Shown: positions 40,360 through 52,370, counted from the stretch's first letter. The stretch is DNA of 64,000 bases from an uncultured candidate division Zixibacteria bacterium (GCA_963806185.1 CAWDXE010000007.1:896001-960000), one strand, 5' to 3'. Numbers and translations are program-made. Notes: generated by a model not told the origin, from the sequence alone.

Positions 40360-40388
40360 ATAGTACGGAGAATAGCGAGCCGGCACAA
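40360..40388 (-). promoter_or_regulatory. Putative promoter of the MATE gene
   Basis: TTGTGC-N17-TACTAT, directly followed by an inverted repeat at 40337-40360. Confidence 0.45.
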
Positions 40389-40421
40389 GACGGAAATACA
40401 GGATGTGAGCGGGCGGGTGAG

Positions 40422-40856
40422 CTAATGAGCCAGCTGCTTATGGAGAGATTCCAGGGCGCGCGTATAGCTGTCGAAGCCGAGGCCGGAAATCTGACTGATA
40501 CAGACCGGCGCGACGACTGATATGCGGCGAAATTCCTCGCGGCCATGAATATTGGTCAAGTGAACCTCGACCGTTGGAAGGTTGACTGCCGAGATGGCCT
40601 CCCGAAGGGCGTAGCTGTAATGAGTCAGCGCGCCGGGATTGATGATGATTCCCTGGGCGTCGAAGCCGTATTCGTGAATGAAATCAAGGAGGCCGCCCTC
40701 GTGATTGCTCTGAAAGAAATGCACTTCGACACCGAGTTCGTCGGCTTTGCGGCGGACGTACTGCTCGAGATCGGACAGGGATCTGGTGCCGTAGACTTCC
40801 GGTTCGCGCTTTCCCAGCAGATTCAAGTTGGGACCGTTGATGACAAGAATCTTCAT
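40422..40856 (-). CDS. aroQ: Type II 3-dehydroquinate dehydratase
   Basis: Motifs NGPNLNLLGKREPEVYG, QSNHEG, NPGALTH and EVHLTN. Confidence 0.97.
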   Translation of the reverse strand: MKILVINGPNLNLLGKREPEVYGTRSLSDLEQYVRRKADELGVEVHFFQSNHEGGLLDFIHEYGFDAQGIIINPGALTHYSYALREAISAVNLPTVEVHLTNIHGREEFRRISVVAPVCISQISGLGFDSYTRALESLHKQLAH

Positions 40857-40865
40857 CGCATCCTC

Positions 40866-41999
40866 TCATCGGCCATAGGTACTGAGGACTCGTTCGAGCG
40901 CCTCGCGGGCCTGCTCGTTGCTGACGCTGCTGGTAATATGCACAGAGCCGAGCGGTGCAGCCAGTACAAAAGCAAGGCCTTCGGCAACGCGTTTCTTGTC
41001 GGCGCTCATGGCTCCGATGACGGCGTCGAGGTCAAGTGAGTGCTTTGGCACGCGGGTGAGGAGCCGCTCGAGGAGGAGCTGGTAGCGAGACAGAGTTTCA
41101 GCGCCGGGCAAAGCGACAATCTGGGCCAGGTGGACGGCGGCCAACAGGCCGACAATTACCGCTTCACCATGAAGCAAAGTGCCGTAGCCGAGAGTCGTCT
41201 CAATCGCATGAGCAAAAGTGTGGCCGTAGTTGAGGTGGCGGCGGAGATCACGTTCGTCGGGGTCGCGGGAGACGAGGTCGGCTTTGAAGGCGACCGACTG
41301 ATGCACAAGCTCCAGGAATTCATCGGTGTCGGCCGGCGAACCGCTGTCAAACCATCGTTCGAAGGGATCGGCAAATGCCGAGCCTATGAGGCCGGCGTAC
41401 TTGGCCATCTCCCCCACGCCGGCGTTGAATTCGCGGGGCGGAAGAGTGGAAAGAAAGGAGAGATCGGTGAAGACGAAAGTCGGGTGCCAGAAGGCGCCTA
41501 TCAGGTTTTTCCCGACGGAGTGATTCACCCCCGTTTTGCCGCCGATGGCGGCGTCGATCATACCGAGCAAGGTGGTTGGGATGGCGGCCCAGCGGACACC
41601 TCGCAGTACAGTTGAGGCGGTGAAACCGCCGACATCGGTAGCGACGCCGCCGCCAATGACAACGATGAAATCGCGGCGCCCGACAAGATTGACGAGGAAG
41701 AAGTCGTAGAGGGCCTGAACGGTGTCAAGGTCCTTCGTGCCTTCTCCCGACGGGATGACGCCGACGGTGGCCAGGGGGAAGTCGGAAAATGGCTGATACA
41801 GACGATCGCCGTAAAGCTCGTGCACGTTTTCGTCGACGAGCAGGAAGAGCCGGTTTTCGCCGACGGCAGTGCGGGTCAGCTCGGAGAGACGGGCGAAATC
41901 GTTGTGGGTGATGATTACGGGATATGATTGTTCCCCGGCGCGAACGATGATGGGGGCCGAATGTCCGTCAGAGCCGGCCAAGTCGTCGGAGAATTTCAT
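40866..41999 (-). CDS. aroB: 3-dehydroquinate synthase
   Basis: Motifs GEGTK, GGGV..D, PTTLL..DAAIGGKTG, KNLIGAF, LNYGHT and HGEAV. Confidence 0.95.
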   Translation of the reverse strand: MKFSDDLAGSDGHSAPIIVRAGEQSYPVIITHNDFARLSELTRTAVGENRLFLLVDENVHELYGDRLYQPFSDFPLATVGVIPSGEGTKDLDTVQALYDFFLVNLVGRRDFIVVIGGGVATDVGGFTASTVLRGVRWAAIPTTLLGMIDAAIGGKTGVNHSVGKNLIGAFWHPTFVFTDLSFLSTLPPREFNAGVGEMAKYAGLIGSAFADPFERWFDSGSPADTDEFLELVHQSVAFKADLVSRDPDERDLRRHLNYGHTFAHAIETTLGYGTLLHGEAVIVGLLAAVHLAQIVALPGAETLSRYQLLLERLLTRVPKHSLDLDAVIGAMSADKKRVAEGLAFVLAAPLGSVHITSSVSNEQAREALERVLSTYGR

Positions 42000-42501
42000 C
42001 GACTACCTCTTTGGGCGACTTATTGGTTGTGACGATGGTGAGGTCAGCGGCGGCTTCGTAGCCGGGGCGGCGAAGCGCAAGCATTTCACGTATCCGCGCG
42101 TGTTGGGGCCTACCCGTCGACGGGTGCAGCAGCGGGCGATTGCCATGTTCGGCGAGTCGCTTGTGAATGACTCCGGCGGAGCAGCGCAAATAGATAACCG
42201 TCCCGGTAGCTGTGATGGCGGTGCGGTTCTGTCGGTTCAGCAGAGCCCCGCCGCCGAGTGCGATAACCAGCGGATCGCGGCTTCGGGCTAGTTTGTCCAC
42301 AGTTTTCAACTCGAACAGGCGAAAGGCGGCCTCGCCTTTGCCGGCAAAGATTGAAGTGATCGAGCAACCCGATTTTTCTTCGACCAGCGTGTCAGAATCG
42401 GCGTGTCCGAGGCCGAGCCGTCGCGCGAGCACCGGGGCAACCGTGGACTTGCCGCTGCCGGAGAACCCGACCAAATAGATATGCCGTTTCGCCTTTTTCA
42501 T
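41968..42501 (-). CDS. aroK: Shikimate kinase
   Basis: Motifs GFSGSGKST, GEAAFR..E, GGG and RPLL. Confidence 0.95.
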   Translation of the reverse strand: MKKAKRHIYLVGFSGSGKSTVAPVLARRLGLGHADSDTLVEEKSGCSITSIFAGKGEAAFRLFELKTVDKLARSRDPLVIALGGGALLNRQNRTAITATGTVIYLRCSAGVIHKRLAEHGNRPLLHPSTGRPQHARIREMLALRRPGYEAAADLTIVTTNKSPKEVVDEILRRLGRL

Positions 42502-43337
42502 GTGCGGCCGAAGATCTTTTCGTATATCGGTTTCGGGTCGACCTCGAGGCCGGACCATATTTTAAATGATCGCACCGCCTGGGCGATCAACATCCGGCGT
42601 CCGTCGATCACGACGGAGGCATGCTTGCGCGCGGCCTGAACCGACGCGTTGTCATCATTGTAATTGAGATCATAGTAAATGGCATCGGAAGGCCAGGGAA
42701 AGCCGGTGGGAATGGCCTGCTGGCGCGGGTGAAGCGGTCCACCGAGCGGAGTGCAGTTCACGATCAAACTCACTTTGCCGATGACCGGCCAGTGTTTGTC
42801 GGCACGATTCAGGCAGGTGACTTTGGCCTCGGGGGCAAAATCTGCAATAGAGCCGCACAAGCCGGCGGGATCGGCGACACTCTGACTCATGACGGCGAAT
42901 TCGCGGAGGCCATAGGTCCAATAAAGGGTGTGCATGACGGACCGGGAAGCGCCGCCACTGCCAAGAATAAGTGCCTTCGTGCCGGCCAGTTTTTTGGCAT
43001 GCGGAACGAGAGTTGCGGAGAACCCGTCGCCGTCGGTGTTGTAGCCAATCGCCCCGTTCTCATTGAAGTGCACGGAATTGACCGCACCGATCATTTTAGC
43101 AGATTGATCGAGCTCTGAAAGGAGCGGGATAATTGCGGATTTAAAAGGAATCGTGACACTGAGGCCGGTGACGCCGTCGTCGACGATCTGTTTCACGCGC
43201 TGGGGCAACGCGGGGGGCATGGTCGGGAAAAGGTCGAATCGCCCCCTAATCCCGCTTTGGGCGAAGATGACCTCAAAGATCGCGGGGGATTTCGAGTAGT
43301 CGATTGTACCGCCGAGCAGGCCAAAATGGAAGGCCAT
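42498..43337 (-). CDS. aroE: Shikimate dehydrogenase
   Basis: Motifs SKSP, SVTIPFK, GAVN, NTD, GSGGAS, NCTPLG and ML..QA. Confidence 0.93.
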   Translation of the reverse strand: MAFHFGLLGGTIDYSKSPAIFEVIFAQSGIRGRFDLFPTMPPALPQRVKQIVDDGVTGLSVTIPFKSAIIPLLSELDQSAKMIGAVNSVHFNENGAIGYNTDGDGFSATLVPHAKKLAGTKALILGSGGASRSVMHTLYWTYGLREFAVMSQSVADPAGLCGSIADFAPEAKVTCLNRADKHWPVIGKVSLIVNCTPLGGPLHPRQQAIPTGFPWPSDAIYYDLNYNDDNASVQAARKHASVVIDGRRMLIAQAVRSFKIWSGLEVDPKPIYEKIFGRT

Positions 43338-43357
43338 GGCGTTCCCTTCAGGAATAG

Positions 43358-44701
43358 CTAATGTGATACTTGCTGCAACAGGTCCCAAAAGACCGGACAT
43401 GAAATCGCCACACAGGCGGCATCATCGATAGTAGAAGGACCGGTGGCCAGTCGAGCCGCAATGGCGAAGGCCATGGCGATGCGGTGGTCGCCGAATGATT
43501 TCAGATCGGCACCCTGCAATTCGCGCTGGCCCTCGATCGCCAAGCCGTCCTCGAGCAGGCCAACTTTGACGCCCATGGCACGAAGATTCTCGACGATAGC
43601 GGCGAGGCGGTCGCTCTCTTTCACCTTCAATTCGGCAGCGTCGCGGATGACGGTTGTCCCCTGAGCGTAGGCGCCGATAACGGCGACCATGGGTAGTTCA
43701 TCGATCATGGCGGCGGCGGTCTCACCGTGTACCTTGACGGCCTTGAGCGCTTCACCGGTGACAGTGACATTGCCGCGTGGTTCGCCGGAGACTATCGTCT
43801 TATTCTCGATGATCAGCTTACAACCGGCAGCCTTGAGGTGATTGAGGAATTCAGTGCGGGTCGGGTTAAGGCCGACGTGCTCGACCGTTATGGATTTGCC
43901 TGAGATCGCGGCGAGGCCGAAGAAGAAGGCGGCGGTGGAGAAATCGCCGGGGATATCAATCGAGCCGCCGGCTACCCGAGCACGGGCCGGGAGGATGGAT
44001 TCGCGTTTGAAATCCTCGGGCATCACCATTTTTTTGCGGCGGGGATCGTTGGGATCCTCAGTGAGCACCGGTTTGATATCACGAACGCTGATACCGGTGC
44101 CAAGATAACCGAGCATGATTTCGGTATGATCGCGGCTGAGTTGTTTTTCGCGAATGAGTATGCGGCATCCCGAGGCGAGGCCGGCAAACAAGACGGCCGA
44201 TTTGACCTGCGCGGACGGAATGGGCATGGTGTATTCAAACGGGAGCAGTTTTTTCCCCTGTATACGCATGGGAAGATGGCCGTCAGTAGCATAGCACTCG
44301 GCGCCCATAGCAGTGAGCGGGTCGACGATGCGCTTCATCGGGCGACGCGAGAGTGATTCATCCCCGGCCAGAGTGGCGGATAGTTCGCTGCCGGCGATGA
44401 GGCCGGCCAGGAGTCGCGCGGTCGTGCCGGAGTTGCCGCAATCCACAATCAGGTCGGAAGGGATGTTGAGCGATGCTGGAGGAGTAAGGCGGAGACCTTC
44501 CTCGGTAGTCTCAACGGTCACGCCGAATTGCTGAGCCGCTTTGATGGCGGAATTGGCGTCGGCGGCGTGGGGCGCGTTGGCAACATGTATGGGCCCCGTG
44601 GCCAGGATGGAGAGCAATGCTGCGCGCTGGGCGATTGATTTGTCACCCGGGACGCGCAGAGTTCCGCCGATGCGCCGGGCTGGGGTTATATCGCGACTCA
44701 C
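43358..44701 (-). CDS. aroA: EPSP synthase
   Basis: Motifs PGDKS, GNSGTTAR, SAQVKS, RDHTE, IDELP, KESDR and DHRIAM. Confidence 0.96.
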   Translation of the reverse strand: MSRDITPARRIGGTLRVPGDKSIAQRAALLSILATGPIHVANAPHAADANSAIKAAQQFGVTVETTEEGLRLTPPASLNIPSDLIVDCGNSGTTARLLAGLIAGSELSATLAGDESLSRRPMKRIVDPLTAMGAECYATDGHLPMRIQGKKLLPFEYTMPIPSAQVKSAVLFAGLASGCRILIREKQLSRDHTEIMLGYLGTGISVRDIKPVLTEDPNDPRRKKMVMPEDFKRESILPARARVAGGSIDIPGDFSTAAFFFGLAAISGKSITVEHVGLNPTRTEFLNHLKAAGCKLIIENKTIVSGEPRGNVTVTGEALKAVKVHGETAAAMIDELPMVAVIGAYAQGTTVIRDAAELKVKESDRLAAIVENLRAMGVKVGLLEDGLAIEGQRELQGADLKSFGDHRIAMAFAIAARLATGPSTIDDAACVAISCPVFWDLLQQVSH

Positions 44702-45714
44702 ACGACCGTCCTGTTGAGGGCCTTCGCCATGTTGCGAAGGTCAACGATCATATCGTCGTAGGCGTCGGGCGTGATGGACTGCAGGCCGTCAGAGAGGGCG
44801 GATTCCGGATCAGAGTGTACCTCGACCATAAGGCCGTGAGCGCCGACAGCCAGCGAAGCAAGTGACATGGGGAGCACTTTGTCTTTGCGGCCGGTGCCGT
44901 GGCTGGGGTCGGCAATGATCGGCAGGTGGCTCATCTTCTTAATGAAGGGAATGGCGGCCAGATCAAGCGTGTTACGGGTGTGATCGGCCAGGGTGCGAAT
45001 ACCGCGCTCGCAAAGGATGACCTGTTTGTTGCCTTCGACCATGATGTATTCGGCGGCCATCAGTAATTCTTCGAGTGTCGCACTCATGCCGCGTTTGAGC
45101 AGGACGGGTCGTTTCTGGCGTCCGGCACGGCGAAGCAGGGAATAATTCTGCATGTTGCGGGCACCGATTTGAATGATATCGGCGTAATCGGCAACCATGT
45201 CGATGGTTTCCGTATCAATCGCTTCGGTGACGATTTTGAGTCCGAATTTCTCCCGAACCTCGGCGAGAATTTTCAGCCCCTCCTCCCCCAGCCCCTGAAA
45301 AGTGTATGGCGACGTGCGCGGTTTGAAGGCGCCGCCCCGGAAGATTTTCGTACCGGCTCGGGCAACTCGCTCGGCAACCCGGAAGGTTTGCTCGCGTGAT
45401 TCCACCGAGCAGGGGCCGGCCATGATGATGAATTCCGAGCCACCGATTTTGACACCGTCGATATCGACGATGGTATCGTTTTGACTGAATTCCCGGTTGG
45501 CCAGTTTGTAGGGCTGGGTGACCTGAATGATGTTGCGGACGCCGGGCAGACCAAGAATGTGGTCAGCGTCAATCTGAGCCTTGTTACCGGTGATCCCGAT
45601 GGCGGTGCGCTGAGCGCCGGGCATGGGGTGAGCAGTGAGACCCATTCGTTCTATTTCGCGACAGACCCGGTCGACCATATCGACCGAGGCATTGGCTTCC
45701 ATGACAATGAGCAT
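44698..45714 (-). CDS. aroF: DAHP synthase type I-beta with N-terminal regulatory domain
   Basis: Motifs AGPCSVE, KPRTSPY, QIGARNMQN, LCERGIR and DPSH; AGGAG SD. Confidence 0.95.
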   Translation of the reverse strand: MLIVMEANASVDMVDRVCREIERMGLTAHPMPGAQRTAIGITGNKAQIDADHILGLPGVRNIIQVTQPYKLANREFSQNDTIVDIDGVKIGGSEFIIMAGPCSVESREQTFRVAERVARAGTKIFRGGAFKPRTSPYTFQGLGEEGLKILAEVREKFGLKIVTEAIDTETIDMVADYADIIQIGARNMQNYSLLRRAGRQKRPVLLKRGMSATLEELLMAAEYIMVEGNKQVILCERGIRTLADHTRNTLDLAAIPFIKKMSHLPIIADPSHGTGRKDKVLPMSLASLAVGAHGLMVEVHSDPESALSDGLQSITPDAYDDMIVDLRNMAKALNRTVV

Positions 45715-45789
45715 CGAAAACTCCTGACCAATCAGGCGGTTGAAAATTTCCTGGTCTTCCCGCCTGTCAGTTGTGTGACCGAGCAATCG

Positions 45790-47601
45790 CTACATCTCCT
45801 CCGGCGCCTGAAGTCCGAGCAGATATAGGCCTTCCTTCAGCACGATGCGAACGGACTCGACCAGCGCAATACGCGCGGCTGAGAGTTCAGCGTTATCGGA
45901 AATAATTTTGTCAATGCGACCCGCGGCATCCTTGCGCTGGTACACCTTGTTAAACGCGCCGGACAGTCGAATCAGATACGTGACCAGCGGGTACGGGTCG
46001 TATTGGGAGGCGGCGTCGTCGACAGCGGCCGGAAAATCGGCCAGCAGTTCGACGACGCGCTGTTCTTCCTCGAAATCGAGCAAAGCGTAATTGACATTCG
46101 CTTTGACCGGCTGCCCGTAATTGCGAATGAGCGCGCAAAGACGGGCATGAGTGTACTGCAGGTAGGGGCCGGTTTCGCCCTCGAAATTGAGGACATCGTC
46201 CCAGACGAAGTTGACGTCTTTCAGGCGACGCACGGAGAGTTGGGAATACGTGACCGCGCCGACGCCGACCATACGAGCGACGCTCGTCGATGTTGGCCAG
46301 CCCGGGGTTCTTCTCCTTGATGCGGGCCTTGACCAGCGAGATGGCCTCGCCGAGCAGATTATCAAGCAGAATGATATTGCCACGGCGGGTGGACATTGAC
46401 TTGTCGCCGAATTTCACCCAGCCGAATTCGATATGTTTCACACGACCGGTCATCCGCTTGTCCGGCGGCTGGTGTCTCGGCTTCTTCAAGCATGGCGATC
46501 ACTTTGAGACACTGGCGGAAGTGATCGGCTTGGGACGAACCCACGACGTAAAGTGATTCGTTGAAGTGATACTGTTTCCCAACGCCAGATGAGGCCGGCG
46601 AGATCGCGGGTCAGGTAGAGTGTGGCGCCATCGGCCCGCTTGAGCAATGCGGGCGGAAGGTTCGGATCTTTCAGATCAACAATGAGCGCACCGCGTGAGA
46701 CGGAGGTGAGGCCGACTTTTTCGAGCCGTTTGACGACTGCTTCCATCTTGTCGTTCAGGAAGGATTCGCCGTAGACGAGATCGAATTCAACGCCGAGCAT
46801 GGTGTAGACGCGGTCAAATTCTTCATGCGAGATGCGTTTGAGTTCCTCCCAGAGACGAGTGGCGTCGGGATCGCCATCCTCAAGATTCTTGAAGGCCGTG
46901 CGCGCCTGATCGTCAAGCGTAGGATCCTTCTCGGCCTCGACATGAAAGCGGACATAGAGGGCGAGCAGTTTCTGGACGGCGTTACCCTGCAGAGTGTCAG
47001 GCGTCCCCCATTTATTAAAGGCGACGATCATTTTGCCGAACTGAGTGCCCCAGTCGCCGGGGTAGTTGATGCCGACGACGGTGTAGCCGAGTTTGCGGAA
47101 AATACGTCGGAGCGAGTTGCCGATGACGGTCGTGCGGAGGTGTCCGACGCCGAACGGCTTGGCGATGTTGGGAGAAGAGTACTCCACCAGGTTTGTCTTC
47201 CCGGCGCCGACAGTGGAGTTACCGTAGCTGGATTGCTCGGTGAGAATTCGGGTGATGGTTTCGGCGGTCAGTTTGGTGGCGTTGACTTCCGCGTTGAGAA
47301 AGCCAGAGACGCCGCGACAAAGGATGGTCGAGTGGCCGGAGGCGCTCAGGAGCCGATTGGCTTCATCTGCGACTTTAATGGCAATGTCCATCGGCTTGTC
47401 GTTAAGTAACTTAACGAACTTGAAAACTGGAAAGGCAAAACGGCCCAAGCGGGGGTCTTTGGGCTTTTCGAGACCCTCATAGATACTGTCGGGCGTTAGC
47501 ATACCGCTCGCACCGTTAGCAAAAGCGTCGGGATATACAGCCCGAAACGCTGTGGCGAGGGCGTTGGCAAACTCAACTCTGTATTTATCTTTTGCTTCCA
47601 T
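45790..47601 (-). CDS. argS: Arginine--tRNA ligase, with three apparent +1 indels (about 46575, 46476 and 46282)
   Basis: Motifs EYSSPNIAKPFGVGHLR, GDWGTQFG, YLTRD, MSTRRGN, FEGETGPYLQYTHAR and LGLQAPEEM across successive frames. Confidence 0.95.
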
Positions 47602-47651
47602 AATGCTCTTGGAATGGGCAAATATCGGCCCATCTGTTCCACTTGGCAATG

Positions 47652-48460
47652 TCAATCTTCGCTCCCGGCCGGATGGTCAATGGCCCGACGGAGATCGGTT
47701 AGAAATGCACCAACACGCGTGAGATTCCCTTTGCCCGTCGCGTCTTTGGGGTCAATCTGGCGAACAATTGCCGAGCCTACGACGACACCGTCGGCGGACT
47801 GACATAGCCGGCGGGCACCGACGGCATCAGAGACGCCGAAACCAGCAACAAACGGCTTGGTCAGTTGCCGTTTAAGGCGAGCGAGATATTCGTCGGTCGA
47901 ATCGTCAAACTGTGCAGCTCGGCCGGTGACGCCGGTGACGGTGACGGCGTAAACAAAATCGGTGGAGTGTTTGTCGATCATCCGCATGCGAGCCGGCGTC
48001 GAGGTGGGCGATACGAGAAAGATCGAAGCCAGGCAACTGGTCGCGAGAAGCGAGCGAAGTTCGGCGGATTCGTCAACCGGAAGATCCGGGATGATGAACC
48101 CGTCGACACCGTGACGGGCGGCGTCCAGCACAAACCGTTCGAGGCCGTAGGCGAGGAGCGGGTTGAAGTAGCCCATCAAAACTATGGGGATATTGCTCCC
48201 GGTGCGCACGTGACTCGCTACTTCCAACGAGTGCCTCAGAGTTACACCGTTCTGCAAGGCGACGTGCGAGGACAACTGGATATCGGGACCGTCGGCCAAC
48301 GGGTCGGAGAAGGGCATGCCAAGTTCAAGCATATCCGCTCCGGAGGCGATGGCAATCTCGGCCAATCGCCTTGACTGATCGATGGTCGGGTAGCCGACGG
48401 TGAGAAACGGCACGAGCAGTTTCCGGTTGCCTCGAGATGAGAGGGTGTGCGCGATGCGGC

Positions 48461-48464
<4 letters not shown>
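47652..48464 (-). CDS. trpA: Tryptophan synthase alpha chain
   Basis: Motifs [30 protein letters not shown] and DGVVVGSA. Confidence 0.97.
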
Positions 48465-49649
<1,185 letters not shown>

Positions 49650-49660
<11 letters not shown>

Positions 49661-50273
49661 AGCGAATCCTGTCGCAAACTCGCATGAAGCGAGTGAGTTT
49701 GACTTTCGATTTGATTCCGGGTGCCGACTCGACGCTGGAGTTGACATCAACGATGAGCGGCCGGAAGAGGCGCACGCCTTCCTCGACATTCTGAGCATTG
49801 ATCCCACCGGCCAGCATCAAGTTGGGCGTGGCTTTGCGTGGGCGAGCGGGCCAATCAAATTGCCGGCCAGTGCCACCGAGTTCGCCTTCGGACTGGTTAT
49901 CGAACATGACAATGTCGGCCGCAGTCCGAGGAGTCCGCGTGGTATTACCATCGAACGCCTTGATCACTTTGAAGCCCGCGGCGCGGACGGCGCGAATATC
50001 GGACTCAGTTTGAGCGCCGTGGAGTTGAACGAAGTCCAGGTGCAGCAGTGAAGCACGTTTGATGATGCTGTTTGCAGTGTCGTGTACAAAGACACCAACA
50101 CGGTGGACCATCGGCGGCAACGGGTCGAGAATTGCCTTCGCCTGTTGCATCGTTACAACGCGTGGAGAGCCGGTGTAGAATATCACGCCAATGAGGTCGA
50201 CGCCGAGAGTGGCGGCGAGAACGGCGTCTTGTGGGCGGGTGACGCCGCAGATTTTGATGCGGAATCGGTTCAT
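49650..50273 (-). CDS. trpF: Phosphoribosylanthranilate isomerase
   Basis: Motifs IKICG, SPR, VQLHG, GGTG..FDW, LAGG and ESAPGIK. Confidence 0.96.
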
Positions 50274-51043
50274 GCGCCCCTCAGAAATTTCAAGTGCGCG
50301 ACTGGATCGGGGGCAGTCATGAGAGCCTCGCCGATGAGAAACGCGTCAAAGCCGGCGGACCGGAGCCGGGAAATGTCGGCTCGTGTGGTGATGCCGGATT
50401 CGGCAACTTTGAGTGTGTGTTTGGGAATCAGCGCCGCCAGCCGCTCGGCTGTGTCGAGCGAAACGGTGAAATCATCGAGATTGCGGCTGTTTACACCGAT
50501 AATTGCGCAGCCGGAGTTCACGGCGATCTCCAATTCCTTTTCATTGTGAACTTCCACCAAGCAATCAAGACCGATCTCACCCGCGGCAAGCAAGTAATCC
50601 GTCAGTTGTGCCGGTGTGAGCAGGCGCACAATCAGTAGAACGGCATCGGCCCGCATAAGGCGGGCATAATACACCTGGTATTCGTCGACGACGAAATCTT
50701 TGCAGAGCACGGGCAAGCCGGAGATATCAGCGACAAGCTGCAGGTATTCAGGGCGGCCCATGAAATGGCGTTGCTCAGTGAGAACGGAGATGGCTGCCGC
50801 ACCGCCATCATGGTAGTGCTTAGCGATTGCCGCGGGGTCGAATGTGTGTGCGAGAAGGCCCTTCGAAGGCGAAGCCTGTTTGATTTCGGCGATTATGCGG
50901 GTACCGTCACCGACCAGGGACTTTCGAAAGGAGTGGCTCGCAGGGGTCGGCAAATCATTTACGAAAGTGGTGAGCGGGCGAGTCCGCTTGAGGGCGTCGA
51001 CCTCTTCGCGACGGTGGTTGGCTATGGTTTCCAGAATGTTCAT
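50270..51043 (-). CDS. trpC: Indole-3-glycerol phosphate synthase
   Basis: Motifs IAEIKQASPSKG, SVLTE, KDF, LVEVH, GVN.RNL and AESGI. Confidence 0.96.
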   Translation of the reverse strand: MNILETIANHRREEVDALKRTRPLTTFVNDLPTPASHSFRKSLVGDGTRIIAEIKQASPSKGLLAHTFDPAAIAKHYHDGGAAAISVLTEQRHFMGRPEYLQLVADISGLPVLCKDFVVDEYQVYYARLMRADAVLLIVRLLTPAQLTDYLLAAGEIGLDCLVEVHNEKELEIAVNSGCAIIGVNSRNLDDFTVSLDTAERLAALIPKHTLKVAESGITTRADISRLRSAGFDAFLIGEALMTAPDPVAHLKFLRGA

Positions 51044-51044
51044 C

Positions 51045-52367
51045 TCAACCCTCACGCTCCGGAATGTACCAACCACTTCCCTTTTCCCGGCGCTGTTCGA
51101 TCGACCTGAAGAACGAGAAGTAGAGAAGTGAGGCGAGCAGGTATAGACCACTGGCGATATTCAGGGTGAGTGAGTAGCCGTACGTCTCAATCAAGTGGCC
51201 GCCGACAGCAACGGCGATCATCCAGGAGCCGGTCCAGGCGACAGTCAGGAGGGCGTTGACGAAGCCCTGTTCGGACTCGTCCGCGATTTCCATCGCAAGA
51301 TTGGTGGAGAGCGGCCCGGCGAGATTCATAAGGGCGCCGCGAAGGATGAAGGCGAAGACAACCAGTGGCAGGAAATAGCTGTACGCAAGGGTGAGCATGA
51401 ACGGAATCGATGCGACCTGCGTGTATACGACGGTTCGGACCAGGCCGAGTCGTTTCACCAGGAGCGGGCCGGCGAGTGTCCCGATCAGCATGGCCGCTGA
51501 CACGGAAAGGTATACCAGCCCGATGCGGTCGGGCGGAAGGTGAAAGCGGTCCCGGAAGAAGAGGCTGAGAAATGGTATGATCAGACCGGCGCCCAGGCCG
51601 ATCAGGAAATTGATGCTGGTCAATTTCAGATAGAAGCCGCCGCGATGGCGAAAAGTGGCGAGTCGGATTTTGAGCGGGCGGTCGTTAACTTCCGGACCGA
51701 AGGGTTTGATCATCGAAAACGGTATGAGCGCAAGGATACCGACAGCGATACCGAAGTAGAGGGCAATTTGATATCCGAGAATGCTGCTGCCAGTGGCCGA
51801 GGTGATGATCGTGACCAGCTTGCCCGATCCGGCTGATCCAAGCATCCCGGACAAGAGAAGGACGGCAAAGGAGCACGAGAACAGGTGAGTGCGTTCGACT
51901 GGCGTAGAGTTGCGAATGTAGAACGGTCCGCCGGCGACGCGGAAAAATGACCACGAGATACCGGCCAGCAGGGAGAAAGTCACGAGCATGCCCATTTTGG
52001 TGCTGGTAGTTATGAGAAAGCTGGCGACGGCGAACATTACGACAGCGGTGATCAGGAACGGCTTCAGCTTTAAGCGTGAAAAGAGTACGGCCGACGGGAC
52101 AGCCATCAGGGCAATGCCCAATGCGCGGAACGAATTGACAAAGCCAATGTCACCCTCGCCGAATCTCAGTTCCTTGAGGTAGAGATTGAGCAGGAACTGG
52201 TAGACTTCGAAGTTCACCCCCATGAGGAAGGCGCCGATGAGATACAATCGCGCATTCCGCGAAAAGAGGCTGAGGTGGGCCAGGTATTCACGAAGATGGC
52301 CCAGCGGGCCGGAGGGCGGTCGGGACTGGACCGGAATCCGGTCAATGTCGACGGGGAGTGCTATCAT
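51045..52367 (-). CDS. MFS transporter, embedded in the trp operon
   Basis: About 12 hydrophobic helices; motifs LLNLYL, ERTHLFS and LVKRLG; 1-3 nt spacing to trpD and trpC. Confidence 0.85.
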   Translation of the reverse strand: MIALPVDIDRIPVQSRPPSGPLGHLREYLAHLSLFSRNARLYLIGAFLMGVNFEVYQFLLNLYLKELRFGEGDIGFVNSFRALGIALMAVPSAVLFSRLKLKPFLITAVVMFAVASFLITTSTKMGMLVTFSLLAGISWSFFRVAGGPFYIRNSTPVERTHLFSCSFAVLLLSGMLGSAGSGKLVTIITSATGSSILGYQIALYFGIAVGILALIPFSMIKPFGPEVNDRPLKIRLATFRHRGGFYLKLTSINFLIGLGAGLIIPFLSLFFRDRFHLPPDRIGLVYLSVSAAMLIGTLAGPLLVKRLGLVRTVVYTQVASIPFMLTLAYSYFLPLVVFAFILRGALMNLAGPLSTNLAMEIADESEQGFVNALLTVAWTGSWMIAVAVGGHLIETYGYSLTLNIASGLYLLASLLYFSFFRSIEQRREKGSGWYIPEREG

Positions 52368-52370
52368 GGC

